A stretch of DNA of 41,971 nt, filler included, from an uncultured virus (IMG/VR IMGVR_UViG_2061766007_004303) (taxonomy: Duplodnaviria > Heunggongvirae > Uroviricota > Caudoviricetes). It is 3 parts of one record of this genome, joined end to end, with 100 filler letters (N's around TTAATTAATTAA, not from the genome) between each part and the next. Parts side by side here need not be neighbours in the genome. Positions count along the whole stretch, not along the records: positions 1 to 12,177 come from IMGVR_UViG_2061766007_004303; 2 more parts are not named here. One strand, given 5' to 3'. The position numbers and the translations under genes were made by a program. Positions within the stretch are counted from its first letter, which is position 1, and every line of letters starts with the position of its first letter. This document shows, piece by piece, positions 1-9,364 of this stretch. Under the pieces are notes generated by a model. That model was not told the origin of the DNA, did not search any database, and saw only the letters and a program-made list of their open reading frames with translations.

Positions 1-27
1 AAAAGTCTGCCCGATCCGTTTCAAAAC

Positions 28-375
28 ATGAGTCCGATGTCGGACGAGCTCTTTGAACAGCTCGGCGGCACCATCACGGATGACGGTACTCCGACACCCG
101 AACAGGAGTTCGAGGCGGCCTGTGCTCAGTTCCGAACCATCTGCGCCGCCATCGGGCAATTCATCGGAGCAGACAACTTCCACGGCGGCTTCGGGGAGAT
201 GGCATCTTTCGCCAGCTCCGATGCGTATCAGGCAAACCCAGTTATGGGGAACAGCCTCGCCATCCAGTGGTCGGCCGCCAACGAACAGGGCAAGTATTTC
301 GGATCCAAAATCGGCCTGGGCCAGCCTCAGTGGTGGTACAGATGCTGGCAACTGGCCGGAATTGAAATCGACTGA
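28..375 (+). CDS. Hypothetical protein, possibly 5'-partial
   Basis: Open frame ending in TGA just before the GGAGG RBS of the next gene; no recognised motif. Confidence 0.6.
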   Translation: MSPMSDELFEQLGGTITDDGTPTPEQEFEAACAQFRTICAAIGQFIGADNFHGGFGEMASFASSDAYQANPVMGNSLAIQWSAANEQGKYFGSKIGLGQPQWWYRCWQLAGIEID

Positions 376-389
376 CAGGAGGACTAACA

Positions 390-1268
390 TTGACTTCCAT
401 CGAAACCATCATTGAGCTGTACTATCAGGCTCAGANNNNNNNNNNTAACACGCATGGCGGGGTGGTATGGATTGGGTCGTCGGGCGGTCTCTTCACCAAC
501 TGTGACTTCACAAGCAATACGGGCTCAAAGGGCGGCGTTCTTTACATGGGAGCAGGAGGTGCAAATTATCCTGACTCTGGAGGACGTGGCAAGTTTGTTG
601 ACTGTCGGTTCACCGGCAATATCGCTGCGTCCGGAGGTGTTCTCTACGCTGAAGGCAANNNNNNNNNNTGGGTCGTCGGGCGGCCTCTTTACCAACTGTG
701 ACTTTACAAGCAATACGGGCTCGAAGGGCGGCGTCCTTTACATGGGCGCAGGAAGTGCGAATTATCCTGACTCTGGAGGGCGTGGCAAGTTTGTTGATTG
801 TCGATTCACCGGCAATATCGCTGCGTCCGGAGGTGTTCTCTACGCTGAAGGCAATCTTGGCAGCACAGACCCCAGCATTCAATTCAGCAGATGTGTGCTT
901 TCTGGCAACACGGCAACGCTCGGCGATGTGGCCTGCCTCAACAATGCATCTGTGAGATTCGAGGATTGCATTATTGGTGGAGCGATTGTTGCGATTCCCG
1001 GTCCCGGCATAAACAACGTAGTCACCGACTTCAAAGGAACGCAGATTATATTCGCCGGCTCCAACCGTTTCGATGGTGTGATCTCGCAGGGGGCTGGCGC
1101 TTCGGCAACGGTTTACATCTCGTCCGGGGCTGTGCTTGACTTAACAAACGTGACGACAGCCACTGTTATGTCCGCAACCAACATCATTGTCGGTCATGGT
1201 GAACCCGGAGATTATGAACTGAATCCGTGGACAATGGGCGGCTCCGCGACCATCATCACCAGCAATGC
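390..1268 (+). CDS. Right-handed beta-helix / polymorphic-membrane-repeat protein (GGxxY...FxxN repeats), fragmented by gaps
   Basis: Repeats such as GGLFTNCDFTSNTGSKGGVLY and FVDCRFTGNIAASGGVLY. About 473-658 and 669-854 are overlapping variant copies either side of a gap. Confidence 0.6.
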
Positions 1269-1300
1269 NNNNNNNNNNACTCCAAATGACGGAGGCAAAC

Positions 1301-1552
1301 ATGAGCAAGACAAACATCAAGCTCAACCTGGAAGGAGTGGACAGCAATGCGTTCTGCATTCTGGGCCACGCGATGCGCGCACTGAGACAAAACCACAAGA
1401 TGGACCTCTGGGACGAGTTCCACGCCGAAGCAACCTCCGGCGACTACAACAAACTCCTCTGCGTGGTGGCCGACTGGTTCGACGTCTGCTTCGGCGACGA
1501 AGAGGAAGACGACGAGTACGAGTTCGAAGACGAACACGAGGACGAAGACTGA
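1301..1552 (+). CDS. Small phage-type protein (L.G.D.NAF.ILG...SGDY..LL family) with acidic tail
   Basis: GGAGG RBS in a cassette-type leader (ACTCCAAATGACGGAGGCAAAC), ATG 1301; motif LEGVDSNAFCILG...ATSGDYNKLL. Confidence 0.8.
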   Translation: MSKTNIKLNLEGVDSNAFCILGHAMRALRQNHKMDLWDEFHAEATSGDYNKLLCVVADWFDVCFGDEEEDDEYEFEDEHEDED

Positions 1553-1607
1553 ACCCCAAACCGCATGGCCCGCGAAAGCGGGTCATGCCCTCCAAGGAGA
1601 CCGGAAC

Positions 1608-1844
1608 ATGGAAATCCGAATCAAAGGTTACAAACGCAACGGCGTTGGCTACTATGTAAAGCTGAACTGGCATCGCGACCCGGTCGAGGCGGGGATCGGC
1701 AAAGGCCGTATCGACAGGCTTGAAATCCGCAAAAGCGGCGAACGTAAAATCCTCTGCCGCTACGATGGCAGATGGATTACCCCGCCAGGCACGAACCTCG
1801 TGCTCCACGAAATCGTGACCGACATGATTGAGCAGTTCAACTGA
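1608..1844 (+). CDS. DUF7678-like small protein
   Basis: GIGKGRIDRLEIR...CRYDGRW...P motif and a C-terminus EQFN shared with the paralogs at 2141 and 4673; AAGGAG RBS. Confidence 0.7.
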   Translation: MEIRIKGYKRNGVGYYVKLNWHRDPVEAGIGKGRIDRLEIRKSGERKILCRYDGRWITPPGTNLVLHEIVTDMIEQFN

Positions 1845-1856
1845 AAGGACGCAACC

Positions 1857-2087
1857 ATGACCAGAAAAGAAATCGAGCTCCTGATCAACGCAATCGACAG
1901 CGCCTGCTACTGCGCGACCGGGGAACCGAGCGGAATCGGCGAAGTATGGAACGGCGACCTCGACAAGCTCGAACAACACATCGAGTTCCTCGAAATCCAC
2001 ACCGAAGACGACGAAATGACCGAATCGGCAAAAGAGCTGTTCGCAGCCGCGCGACACATGCTCGAAGCAATCCGGAAAGCAGGCTGA
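1857..2087 (+). CDS. Hypothetical small acidic protein
   Basis: AAGGA RBS, codon style as neighbours, followed by a GAAA-loop hairpin. Confidence 0.75.
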   Translation: MTRKEIELLINAIDSACYCATGEPSGIGEVWNGDLDKLEQHIEFLEIHTEDDEMTESAKELFAAARHMLEAIRKAG

Positions 2088-2140
2088 ACCACAAACAACG
2101 GGAGCCGGTCGAAAGGCCGGTTCCCCAATCAGGAAAAAAG

Positions 2141-2398
2141 ATGATTGAAATCATTAGCTCGAACGAAATGTGGACGGAAGGCCGCACGACCATCTGCGGC
2201 ACAACATACAAGGTCAGCTTCACAGTTGCCGCCAGACCGAATCGATACGGAATTGCAGGTGGCAAAGTTATCCGCCTGCGTGTCCGGCCTGTCAACAGCG
2301 GAATATTCTGCATCGTCTACGACCATGCATGGGAAATCAAGCCGCACTCCAAGGTGGCGGAAGAAATCCTCGAAGAAATAATCAACCTGTTCAACTGA
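2141..2398 (+). CDS. DUF7678-like small protein
   Basis: AGGA RBS, ATG 2141; YGIAGGKVIRLRVR...YDHAWEIKP...EEIINLFN. Confidence 0.75.
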   Translation: MIEIISSNEMWTEGRTTICGTTYKVSFTVAARPNRYGIAGGKVIRLRVRPVNSGIFCIVYDHAWEIKPHSKVAEEILEEIINLFN

Positions 2399-2406
2399 GG
2401 AAAAAA

Positions 2407-2580
2407 ATGGAAAATCACGGCAAAACGGGACAGCCCATGCGAGGCACGGGAATTCTGATTTATCCTCTCTGCAAAAGCGTCTGCGGAGTCTGGTGTCCAC
2501 TTCGAAGAACGTGTCCTTACGGAAAAAAACGCTGGGCTCAATCCCAACGGCAAAAGAATCTGCAAGGTCGACGCCCTTAG
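2407..2580 (+). CDS. Small Cys-rich hypothetical protein
   Basis: GAGG RBS overlapping the previous stop; LCKSVCGVWCPLRRTCPY; followed by a terminator. Confidence 0.5.
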   Translation: MENHGKTGQPMRGTGILIYPLCKSVCGVWCPLRRTCPYGKKRWAQSQRQKNLQGRRP

Positions 2581-2591
2581 CAAAAAACTGA

Positions 2592-2618
2592 CCCGCCAGA
2601 TGGCGGGCATTCTTTTTT
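2592..2618 (+). terminator. Rho-independent terminator
   Basis: CCCGCCA-GA-TGGCGGG hairpin followed by a T-tract. Confidence 0.7.
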
Positions 2619-2636
2619 CGTTTTTCTTCAGATATC

Positions 2637-2863
2637 GACTTGCTATTCGGGAATACCATGCTCTGAAAGAATTATCGGTATTTCTTCGCTTTCCGACTTG
2701 ATATTCCGATAACCTCGTTATGAGCAGAGCAAAAAGAAATAATCATGTTTCTTCGATAAACGACTGGATTAAAGTTGTTTATGCGCTTAATTAATAGCAG
2801 AGCGAGGCTGAACGAGGTCGCGCGAACCAACCCAAAAACTCCAAACGACGGAGGAAAACGACG
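2637..2863 (+). promoter_or_regulatory. Cassette regulatory module (upstream GACTTG-N17-GCTC, CTC-N5-GAG, terminal GACTGG-N17-GCTTAATTAA, leader, RBS)
   Basis: Motif halves at 2637/2660 and 2762/2785; closely similar to 5200-5443 but followed by a different gene. Confidence 0.75.
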
Positions 2864-2907
2864 ATGAAAATCATCAGTCAGAACGACATCTGGACGNNNN
2901 NNNNNNC

Positions 2908-3101
2908 GAACAATTCAAACAACTCTGTGCCACACACAACGACAGGAAACTGGTCTCCGGTGCATACAAAGCCTACCAGATGATCAAGCACACCGAGGAC
3001 AGACAGTACCGCCTCGAAGACACCGAAATCGTCATGGAAGACTTCTGCTGGGGCAATGAACGCAAGGACTTCATCGAAAGCCTGCGCGCACTCGGCGTGA
3101 A
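2908..3101 (+). CDS. DUF7698-like protein fragment
   Basis: DTEIVMEDFCW..ERK.FI..LR.LGV, shared with 13627-14286; gaps on both sides. Confidence 0.65.
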
Positions 3102-3190
3102 NNNNNNNNNNCCCTGCGTCATTTCATACGTTAATTGTGTTACATCCTTCATGAATGGTTCATGAGGGCAACAACACAAAGGAGTATGAA

Positions 3191-4438
3191 ATGACTCAAA
3201 AACGAAAGAATGACCGTCCTCCCGCAAAGGAAACCATCGTGTCGAAGCTCATGAAGGCTTCCCCCAAGGTGGTTCCTCACCTCAAAATTCGGAAACCCGT
3301 CAAAAAGAAGGCAGTTCCCATCGGCAAGCCCTCCCCAAGGGCGAAAGAAGACGTTCAAATCTCTATGCCTTCAGAAGAAAACGTCTCCGAAGGGAAGCTC
3401 CCCCAGAGCAAGTCGAAAGAAACAAAAACCACGGCAAAACCTCCTAAGGCCGCAAACGATGAAAAGAAGCCTCTTTCCGGGAAAGACCTCAAGAAGCATT
3501 TTAAGACCAAGGAAATGCCGTGGCAGATGCAACTGCGCCTCGACAAGCTTCGGAACGGGGATACTCAAATGCGGAGGGAATATATTCAGGACATGAATTT
3601 TCACAAATATCGTCCTGAAACAATTACACTCTATCTGACAATGATTTTGAAATTCTTCGCATGCATCTGGAAGAAACCCGAAGAAGTTACCGACAGTGAC
3701 ATTCGAGAAGCCTTTCGTTTTTTTGAAGAAGACCTCCACTGGTCCTGTTCCTATCTGATGCTGATCTTTTCTGCTGTAAAGTTCTTTTTTGATCATACCT
3801 ATCCCAAAAGCTTTAAGACGCTGGAGTTGTATCGGCAACCGCATCCACAGCCAATTCCTGCCGTATTCACGCAGGAAGAAGTTCGACGCATTATGTCATA
3901 TGCAACTGATATTCGCTACCACGCTTTTTTTGTTCTGGTTTACAGTTGTGGCCTTCGTGCAAGAGAAGCAATGCGCGTAAAGTTCTCCGATATTGATGCC
4001 AAGCAAGGGCTTCTGTATGTCATCAATGGAAAAGGCGGAAAAAACAGAATTGTTCCAATTCCCCAAGCGACAATTCATGTTCTGCGTGAAATGTGGTTGA
4101 CACACAAGCACCCAAAACTGCTTTTCCCAGGGTATAAACTCTACAATGTGCAAAAAGGAAAACAGGAAGGAACAACAAACAAGCCGGTTTCATATCAAAC
4201 GCTACTCGTTTACTTCCAAAAGATTTGTGTCCTTGCGGGGATTCGCCAACAAGTAGGGTTGCATACACTGCGCCATTCCTATGCAACACATCTCCTTGAA
4301 GAAGGAATTCCAATCAGAGTTGTTCAGGAATACCTCGGACATCGCTCACTTGCAACAACATCCATTTATCTCCATCTTACTCATAAACTGAAACGGGAAG
4401 GAGCTAATACTCTTGAAAACCTGATGCGTGATCTGTAA
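3191..4438 (+). CDS. Tyrosine recombinase (XerD/Int family, SAM-like N-domain) with a Lys/Pro-rich N-terminal extension
   Basis: Catalytic motifs YSCGLR, GKGGK.R, HTLRHSYATHLLE, LGH...TTSIYLH; GGAG RBS before ATG 3191. Confidence 0.93.
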   Translation: MTQKRKNDRPPAKETIVSKLMKASPKVVPHLKIRKPVKKKAVPIGKPSPRAKEDVQISMPSEENVSEGKLPQSKSKETKTTAKPPKAANDEKKPLSGKDLKKHFKTKEMPWQMQLRLDKLRNGDTQMRREYIQDMNFHKYRPETITLYLTMILKFFACIWKKPEEVTDSDIREAFRFFEEDLHWSCSYLMLIFSAVKFFFDHTYPKSFKTLELYRQPHPQPIPAVFTQEEVRRIMSYATDIRYHAFFVLVYSCGLRAREAMRVKFSDIDAKQGLLYVINGKGGKNRIVPIPQATIHVLREMWLTHKHPKLLFPGYKLYNVQKGKQEGTTNKPVSYQTLLVYFQKICVLAGIRQQVGLHTLRHSYATHLLEEGIPIRVVQEYLGHRSLATTSIYLHLTHKLKREGANTLENLMRDL

Positions 4439-4443
4439 CGCTG

Positions 4444-4661
4444 ATGCCGGACATTTCCGACATCTTCAGAGACAACATTGCCGCATATCCTTACCCTCTT
4501 TCCGAAGTTCAGCGGCATGCTGTTCACGATATTTGCGCCTGCCGAACACCTCACATGAGGCGCTGGGCGATTTATTCATGCCCAAATTGCGGAGAACGGC
4601 ATTTCGCATTCCCTTCCTGTGGCAACCGGAATTGTCCCAAATGCGGACAAGATAAAGTTGC
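4444..4661 (+). CDS. IS91-family transposase N-terminal Zn-binding fragment (variant of 5795-6877)
   Basis: CRT...CPNCG...SCGNRNCPKC; ends at a gap. Confidence 0.85.
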
Positions 4662-4672
4662 NNNNNNNNNNT

Positions 4673-5143
4673 GGAAAAACCTACGACATCAACATCAGAA
4701 GCATCAGAGAGAAAGGCAAAGACGGCATCTATAGACCGAGAACGTCGGTCTGGATTACGTTGGGTGAAGAAGAGGTTCATGACGCCTCGGTGGAACTTGC
4801 CATCTTCAAAGATGTGTGCGAGCTGTTCAACATGTTCCTCAACCCTGGGACAATCGAAGAAGGGTTTACGGAAGGCCCGCACAAAATGATCAAAATCGTA
4901 CAACACGATGGAGCATGGACGATTGCCGAAGCGCTGTTCGAGAAAACAATCTACCATATCAACGTGAAACACTTCGAGGAGCCGAGCAAGTACGGAATCC
5001 AGAACGGCAGAATCTCCAAGCTCTGGATTCGCGAGGAGGGGGAAATCGAACCGCTCGTGAACTACGACCGCGGCTGGGACGTCCGGCCCAGAAGCAAGGC
5101 GGCGAAAGCCATCTATGAAGAAATCCTCGCGATGTACAACTGA
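4673..5143 (+). CDS. DUF7678-like protein, 5'-partial
   Basis: PSKYGIQNGRISKLWIR...NYDRGWDVRP...EEILAMYN. Confidence 0.8.
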   Translation, partial: GKTYDINIRSIREKGKDGIYRPRTSVWITLGEEEVHDASVELAIFKDVCELFNMFLNPGTIEEGFTEGPHKMIKIVQHDGAWTIAEALFEKTIYHINVKHFEEPSKYGIQNGRISKLWIREEGEIEPLVNYDRGWDVRPRSKAAKAIYEEILAMYN

Positions 5144-5199
5144 ACATCAACCAGCCCGGCATCCGCCGGGCAATCTTTTTTCGAGAATTTTCGCATTTC

Positions 5200-5443
5200 G
5201 ATTTGCTATTCAGAAATACCATGCTGTGGAAGTTTCTTCTGTTTTTCTTCGCTTCCAGACTTGCAATTCCGATTACCTCGTTATGAGGCTGTTAAAACCC
5301 CACAAAAAGAAACTGAAAGAATAATTGATATTTCTTCGATAAAAAACTGGATTAACTCGAATTCTACGCTTAATTAATACACAGAGCGAGGCTGAACGAG
5401 GCCGCGCGAACCAAACAAAAACTCCAACTGACGGAGGACAACG
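5200..5443 (+). promoter_or_regulatory. Cassette regulatory module
   Basis: AACTGG 5345 and GCTTAATTAA 5368; CCTCGTTATGAGG palindrome; GGAGG RBS. Confidence 0.75.
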
Positions 5444-5551
5444 ATGATGGAAAACATCAGAAACGACGGAGCCAGAGCGACAGCCCAGGCTGAATCCAGC
5501 GAAGCAACCATGAACGACAACTTCAGCACGAATCGCTGACCGGAGGACATC

Positions 5552-5703
5552 ATGGCAAACAACTGCTTCATCGAAATCCTGCTCGAAACCGAAACCGAGA
5601 CCGAAGCCAAGGAACTCAACAAAATGCTCCAGACAAGCTTCGCAATCGCCCGCCGCGAAAACGTCGGGGCCTTCTTCGGAAACGATAAACGCTACCTCTT
5701 CGA
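5552..5703 (+). CDS. Hypothetical protein, 3'-partial
   Basis: GGAGG RBS, MANNCFIEIL..., cut by a gap. Confidence 0.6.
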
Positions 5704-5794
5704 NNNNNNNNNNAATTTATCTCCATCTTACCCATAAGCTGAAACGGGAAGGAGCTAATACCCTTGAAAACCTGATGCGTGATCTGTAAAATAG

Positions 5795-6877
5795 ATGCCG
5801 GACATTTCCGACATCTTCAGAGACAACATTGCCGCATATCCTTTCCCTCTTTCTGAAGTTCAACGGCATGCTGTCCACGATATTTGCGTCTGCCGAACAC
5901 CTCACATGAGGCGCTGGGCGATTTATTCGTGCCCAAATTGCGGAGAACAGCATTTCGCATTTCCTTCCTGTGGCAACCGGAATTGTCCCAAATGCGGACA
6001 AGATAAAGTTGCGAAATTCCTGGCCAAACAGCAACAAAACTTGCTTCCGGTCAATTATTTCATGATCACGGTTACTATGCCAACGGAAATGCATCGCATC
6101 TGTCGACTCCATCCAAAGACTGTTTTCAATGCGTTCTTTCACGCGGCAGAAGAGAGCATCCGTGAGCTTGCCCGCAATAAAAAGCACCTTGGAGGCGAAA
6201 TTGGTCTTATCGGAACACTACAGACATGGAAAAGGAATGGGGATTACCATCCCCATATCCATTTCCTCGTTCCAGGAGGCGGACTCTCCCCGGATGGCCA
6301 ATACTGGCTCTTCCCGCGAAAAAGAGATTTCTTTATTCCCGCAAGACCGCTTTCAATCTTGGTTCGGGGCAAAATGCACGATGCAATCAGAAAATTGGGG
6401 CTTTGTCCAGAAGTCTCGCCTGATGCATGGAAGAAACACTGGGTTTCTGATTGCTCAAATGTCGGAAATGGAATGTCCAGCTTCAAGTACCTTGCTCCAT
6501 ATATGCAACGGGGCTTTATCTCGAACTCAAGAATTGTTGATTATGACGGAGAAAAAGTGACTTTTTCGTATGTCGAATCGGCAACCAACGCAAAATGTCT
6601 CAGAACAATCAGTGCAATCGAATTCATGCGGTTGTATTTGCAACATGTTCTTCCGTCCGGGTTCCAGAAAACGCGCTATTATGGACTCTTGGGCTCCGCG
6701 AACAGAAAAACCATTCGCGAATTAAGGCTGCTTATACTGTGTTCTCGATTTGCAAGACCCGTTGAAATCCTGGAAGAATTCAAAACCTTAAAACCAATTT
6801 GCCCGAAATGTAAATCTCAGATGGTTTTCTACGGAATGCGAAGTCGTTCCCCACCTGAAATTCTGCAAAGCGGATAG
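5795..6877 (+). CDS. IS91-family (Y2, HUH) rolling-circle transposase
   Basis: Zn-finger CRT/CPNC/SCGNRNCPKC, HUH motif YHPHIHF, Y2 motif YLAPY, LQHVLP.GF.K.RYYG, C-terminal CPKC...RSPP. Confidence 0.93.
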   Translation: MPDISDIFRDNIAAYPFPLSEVQRHAVHDICVCRTPHMRRWAIYSCPNCGEQHFAFPSCGNRNCPKCGQDKVAKFLAKQQQNLLPVNYFMITVTMPTEMHRICRLHPKTVFNAFFHAAEESIRELARNKKHLGGEIGLIGTLQTWKRNGDYHPHIHFLVPGGGLSPDGQYWLFPRKRDFFIPARPLSILVRGKMHDAIRKLGLCPEVSPDAWKKHWVSDCSNVGNGMSSFKYLAPYMQRGFISNSRIVDYDGEKVTFSYVESATNAKCLRTISAIEFMRLYLQHVLPSGFQKTRYYGLLGSANRKTIRELRLLILCSRFARPVEILEEFKTLKPICPKCKSQMVFYGMRSRSPPEILQSG

Positions 6878-7064
6878 CCATATGGAACAACTCCTGACAA
6901 TAAATGTGTTTCGGGCATTTTCATGTTTGAATATGCTCTTAACGGGTTATTGTCTCTTTTCGGAAAAAGCAAGTATTTTCATCATGCAAGACAAAAAAAT
7001 GATGAATGGACTATTCCGAAAGCAGAANNNNNNNNNNAGAATAATCGATATTTCTTCCAAAAAC

Positions 7065-7148
7065 GACTGGCTATTAACGAATAGTACGCTTAATTAATAA
7101 CAGAGCGGGAAGCATAGGGCAACCCAAACAACAACAAGGAGAAACAGC
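7065..7148 (+). promoter_or_regulatory. Cassette terminal motif and leader
   Basis: GACTGG 7065 and GCTTAATTAA 7088, GGGCAACCC hairpin, AAGGAG RBS before ATG 7149. Confidence 0.75.
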
Positions 7149-7348
7149 ATGAAAAAGAGAATCGAAAGCAAGATTCCCGAAACCTTCTGGAACACCGAAG
7201 CCGGNNNNNNNNNNCTGGCCGAGCAAAGGGTCGAAATCTTTTCTCGATTTTTCTTGAAAAAAGATTTGACTTTTCGGAAAAAGCATAACCAAAGATTCTC
7301 CGATAATTCTTTCGAAAAAACACTTGCTTTTCTCATAATCGCGTTACA

Positions 7349-7625
7349 GAAAGAAAGTTCGATATTTCTTTCGTTCTCCGCTTGACTTCTTCCTTTTCTA
7401 TGCTCGAAAGAAAGTTCGATATTTCTTTCGTTCTCGACTTGACAAAGCGTTTTTCCATGCTCGAAAAGAATAATCGATCTTTCTTCGCTTTCTGACTTGA
7501 CATTTCTCTTTTGCCTCATTTCGAGCAGAAGACCGGATTTATTAAAATAATCGTAAGAAAGTTCGATAAAAAGAGCCTTTTATTCGATAAACGACTGGCT
7601 ATTAGCGTGTTTCATGCTTAATTAA
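7349..7625 (+). repeat. Tandem ~57-bp repeats of the cassette motif ending in a terminal copy
   Basis: Unit GAAAGAAAGTTCGATATTTCTTTCGTTCTC..CTTGAC recurs; motif halves 7379/7402, 7436/7459, 7593/7616. Confidence 0.8.
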
Positions 7626-7892
7626 CTAATGCCGAGCGGGATGCACGGGCAACCCGCGAACCAAACAAGAATGCCAANNNNNNNNNNCTTCGTTATGTTA
7701 CGAAGAGGAACAGGCTGTTCTATCGACATGTTTCTCTCGAAGTTATATGCTCGAAGATATAACTATTGAATAATGCGGGAAAAAGGAATCCCCATATAAA
7801 AGAAATATCGCCTTTTCTTGCTCAATTCAAGCGGGTTGATTCATTTCCGACTGGAAATGAATCGAACCAAGAGCTTAATTAANNNNNNNNNN

Positions 7893-8131
7893 CAAAAACG
7901 CGAAATGTTTATTTCTTCGGTCTTTTTTCTGATTTCGATTTGACATTTCCATTTTTCCTCAATTTGAGCATTGCGCAGGGTGCTTTTGTTTTTTATCGAA
8001 CTATTAACGCTTTTTCTTCATAAAAGGACTGGCTATTAACGAAATCCACGCTTAATTAATAAGCGTAGGGCGGCGGGGAAGCCTGCCGCAGAGAACCTCA
8101 AAACAAACAAAGCCAACGAATGGAGGCAAAC
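7893..8131 (+). repeat. ~240-bp regulatory module, copy A
   Basis: Aligns closely with 8773-9009; similarity ends at the ATGAA of the cargo gene. Confidence 0.9.
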
Positions 8132-8491
8132 ATGAAAAAGAAAATGCCGAGACACGATGAACAAGCCGATGCGATGATGCAGATCATCAACCTGATGGAC
8201 GCAGCCTACGCCATCTACAGAGCGACCTACGACGAAGACCCTGTCACCCCCGAAGAAGTCTCAATCGCCCTCGGATGGCATCCGGGGCAACGGGAATGGA
8301 TCAGCGACAAGCCGGATATCGCGAAGGCCCGCGAAGAGCTTGAAAGCATGCTGAACGACACATGGTCGAAGAGAGTCGCGCCCCTGCAAACCGCATTCAT
8401 GAGCATCCTGACCCTCGCCAAGCAGAGGCTTGACGAAACGGACTGGAGACCGTGCCGCTGTGCAACGTGCAGAGGGGACGGGGAAGCCTGA
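8132..8491 (+). CDS. Hypothetical cassette cargo protein (C-terminal CRCATC)
   Basis: GGAGG RBS, ATG 8132; terminator hairpin at about 8507-8530. Confidence 0.8.
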   Translation: MKKKMPRHDEQADAMMQIINLMDAAYAIYRATYDEDPVTPEEVSIALGWHPGQREWISDKPDIAKAREELESMLNDTWSKRVAPLQTAFMSILTLAKQRLDETDWRPCRCATCRGDGEA

Positions 8492-8506
8492 CAAACCACA
8501 AACCAA

Positions 8507-8690
8507 CGCCCGCGCGACAGCGGGCTTTTTCTGCTCGCTTGGGGCTATGTGTCGCGTGACATGTCGACTCGACCTATTAGAAAATGCGACCCCTTATGCT
8601 TACTCGGTCAAAAGGGCATAACTGGCCGTCGTTTGGCGAAATCGATTTTGAAGAGGACAGAGCAAAGCGGGATTATTCTTTTTCGGATAT
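8507..8690 (+). repeat. Conserved non-coding post-terminator module, copy A
   Basis: Similar to 10459-10645 (GGCTATGTGTCGC...GACCTATTA...ATGCGACCCC...GGCATAACTGGCCGT...GACAGAGCAAAGC.GGATTATTCTTTT). Confidence 0.85.
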
Positions 8691-9009
8691 TTCCCGAAAT
8701 AAAACCTGACTTTTCGAAAAAAGCGGAACAAATCTTTCTTCGATAAATCCTCCGAATCCGACTGGATTTATCTAAAAACGCGAAATGTTTATTTCTTCGG
8801 TCTTTCTTCTGATTTCGACTTGATATTTCTCTTTTGCCTCATTCTGAGCATTGCGCAGGGGGCTTTGTTTTTATCGGACTATTAACGCTTTTTCTTCATA
8901 AAAGAACTGGATATTAAACAATTTCACGCTTAATTAATAAACGTAGGGCGGCGGGGAAGCCTGCCGCAGAGAACCTCAAAACAAACAAAGCCAACGAACG
9001 GAGGCAAAC
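8690..9009 (+). repeat. ~320-bp regulatory module, copy B
   Basis: Matches 7893-8131 in its 3' part and 9365-9688 over its length; motif halves 8905/8928. Confidence 0.9.
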
Positions 9010-9312
9010 ATGAAGAAAGCTGAAAAAATCGCAATCGCAACAAAAATCGTCCGGGAAGAAGTCAAGCCCTGGGAACTCGAAATCACGGGAATCGGGACGC
9101 CAGGGAAACCATTCCGAATCGAAACAAACGGCAAGGCCTGGGGTGATGGCTGGAGTGCCGCGGTAATCTGCGAGAAAGGAAAGATTACCGATGTCGATGG
9201 TTCCGGCCGCTACCAAGACATTGAACGGAATGTGAAGTGGGTTAAGGACGTGGCCGAGAAACTCATCAAGGCGAAAATCAGAAACTTCTCACTGTGCGTG
9301 TGCTGGGACTGA
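9010..9312 (+). CDS. Hypothetical cassette cargo protein
   Basis: GGAGG RBS; followed by hairpin GCATGCCCC...GGGGCATGC (9326-9351). Confidence 0.8.
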   Translation: MKKAEKIAIATKIVREEVKPWELEITGIGTPGKPFRIETNGKAWGDGWSAAVICEKGKITDVDGSGRYQDIERNVKWVKDVAEKLIKAKIRNFSLCVCWD

Positions 9313-9364
9313 TTAACTCCAAACTGCATGCCCCGCATAATCGGGGCATGCCCTTTTATTCCTT

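Larger units (their letters stand above)
3112..4661 (+). mobile_element. Tyrosine recombinase + IS91-type transposase element, left part
   Basis: Integrase followed after 5 nt by the transposase 5' end; overlaps the variant copy at 5714-7027. Confidence 0.75.

Noticed and set aside
473..854. Possible diversity-generating retroelement TR/VR pair
   Set aside because: Differences are mostly third-position synonymous changes involving all bases, not adenine-specific. The copies flank a gap and no reverse transcriptase is present.
412..1659. 415-aa ORF and other ORF-track entries that span N gaps
   Set aside because: Chimeric translations through gaps that join unrelated fragments.
7349..7530. 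Possible CRISPR array (57-bp periodicity)
   Set aside because: Only 2-3 degenerate units, the would-be spacers share conserved motif positions, and there are no cas genes. Better explained as tandem regulatory sites.
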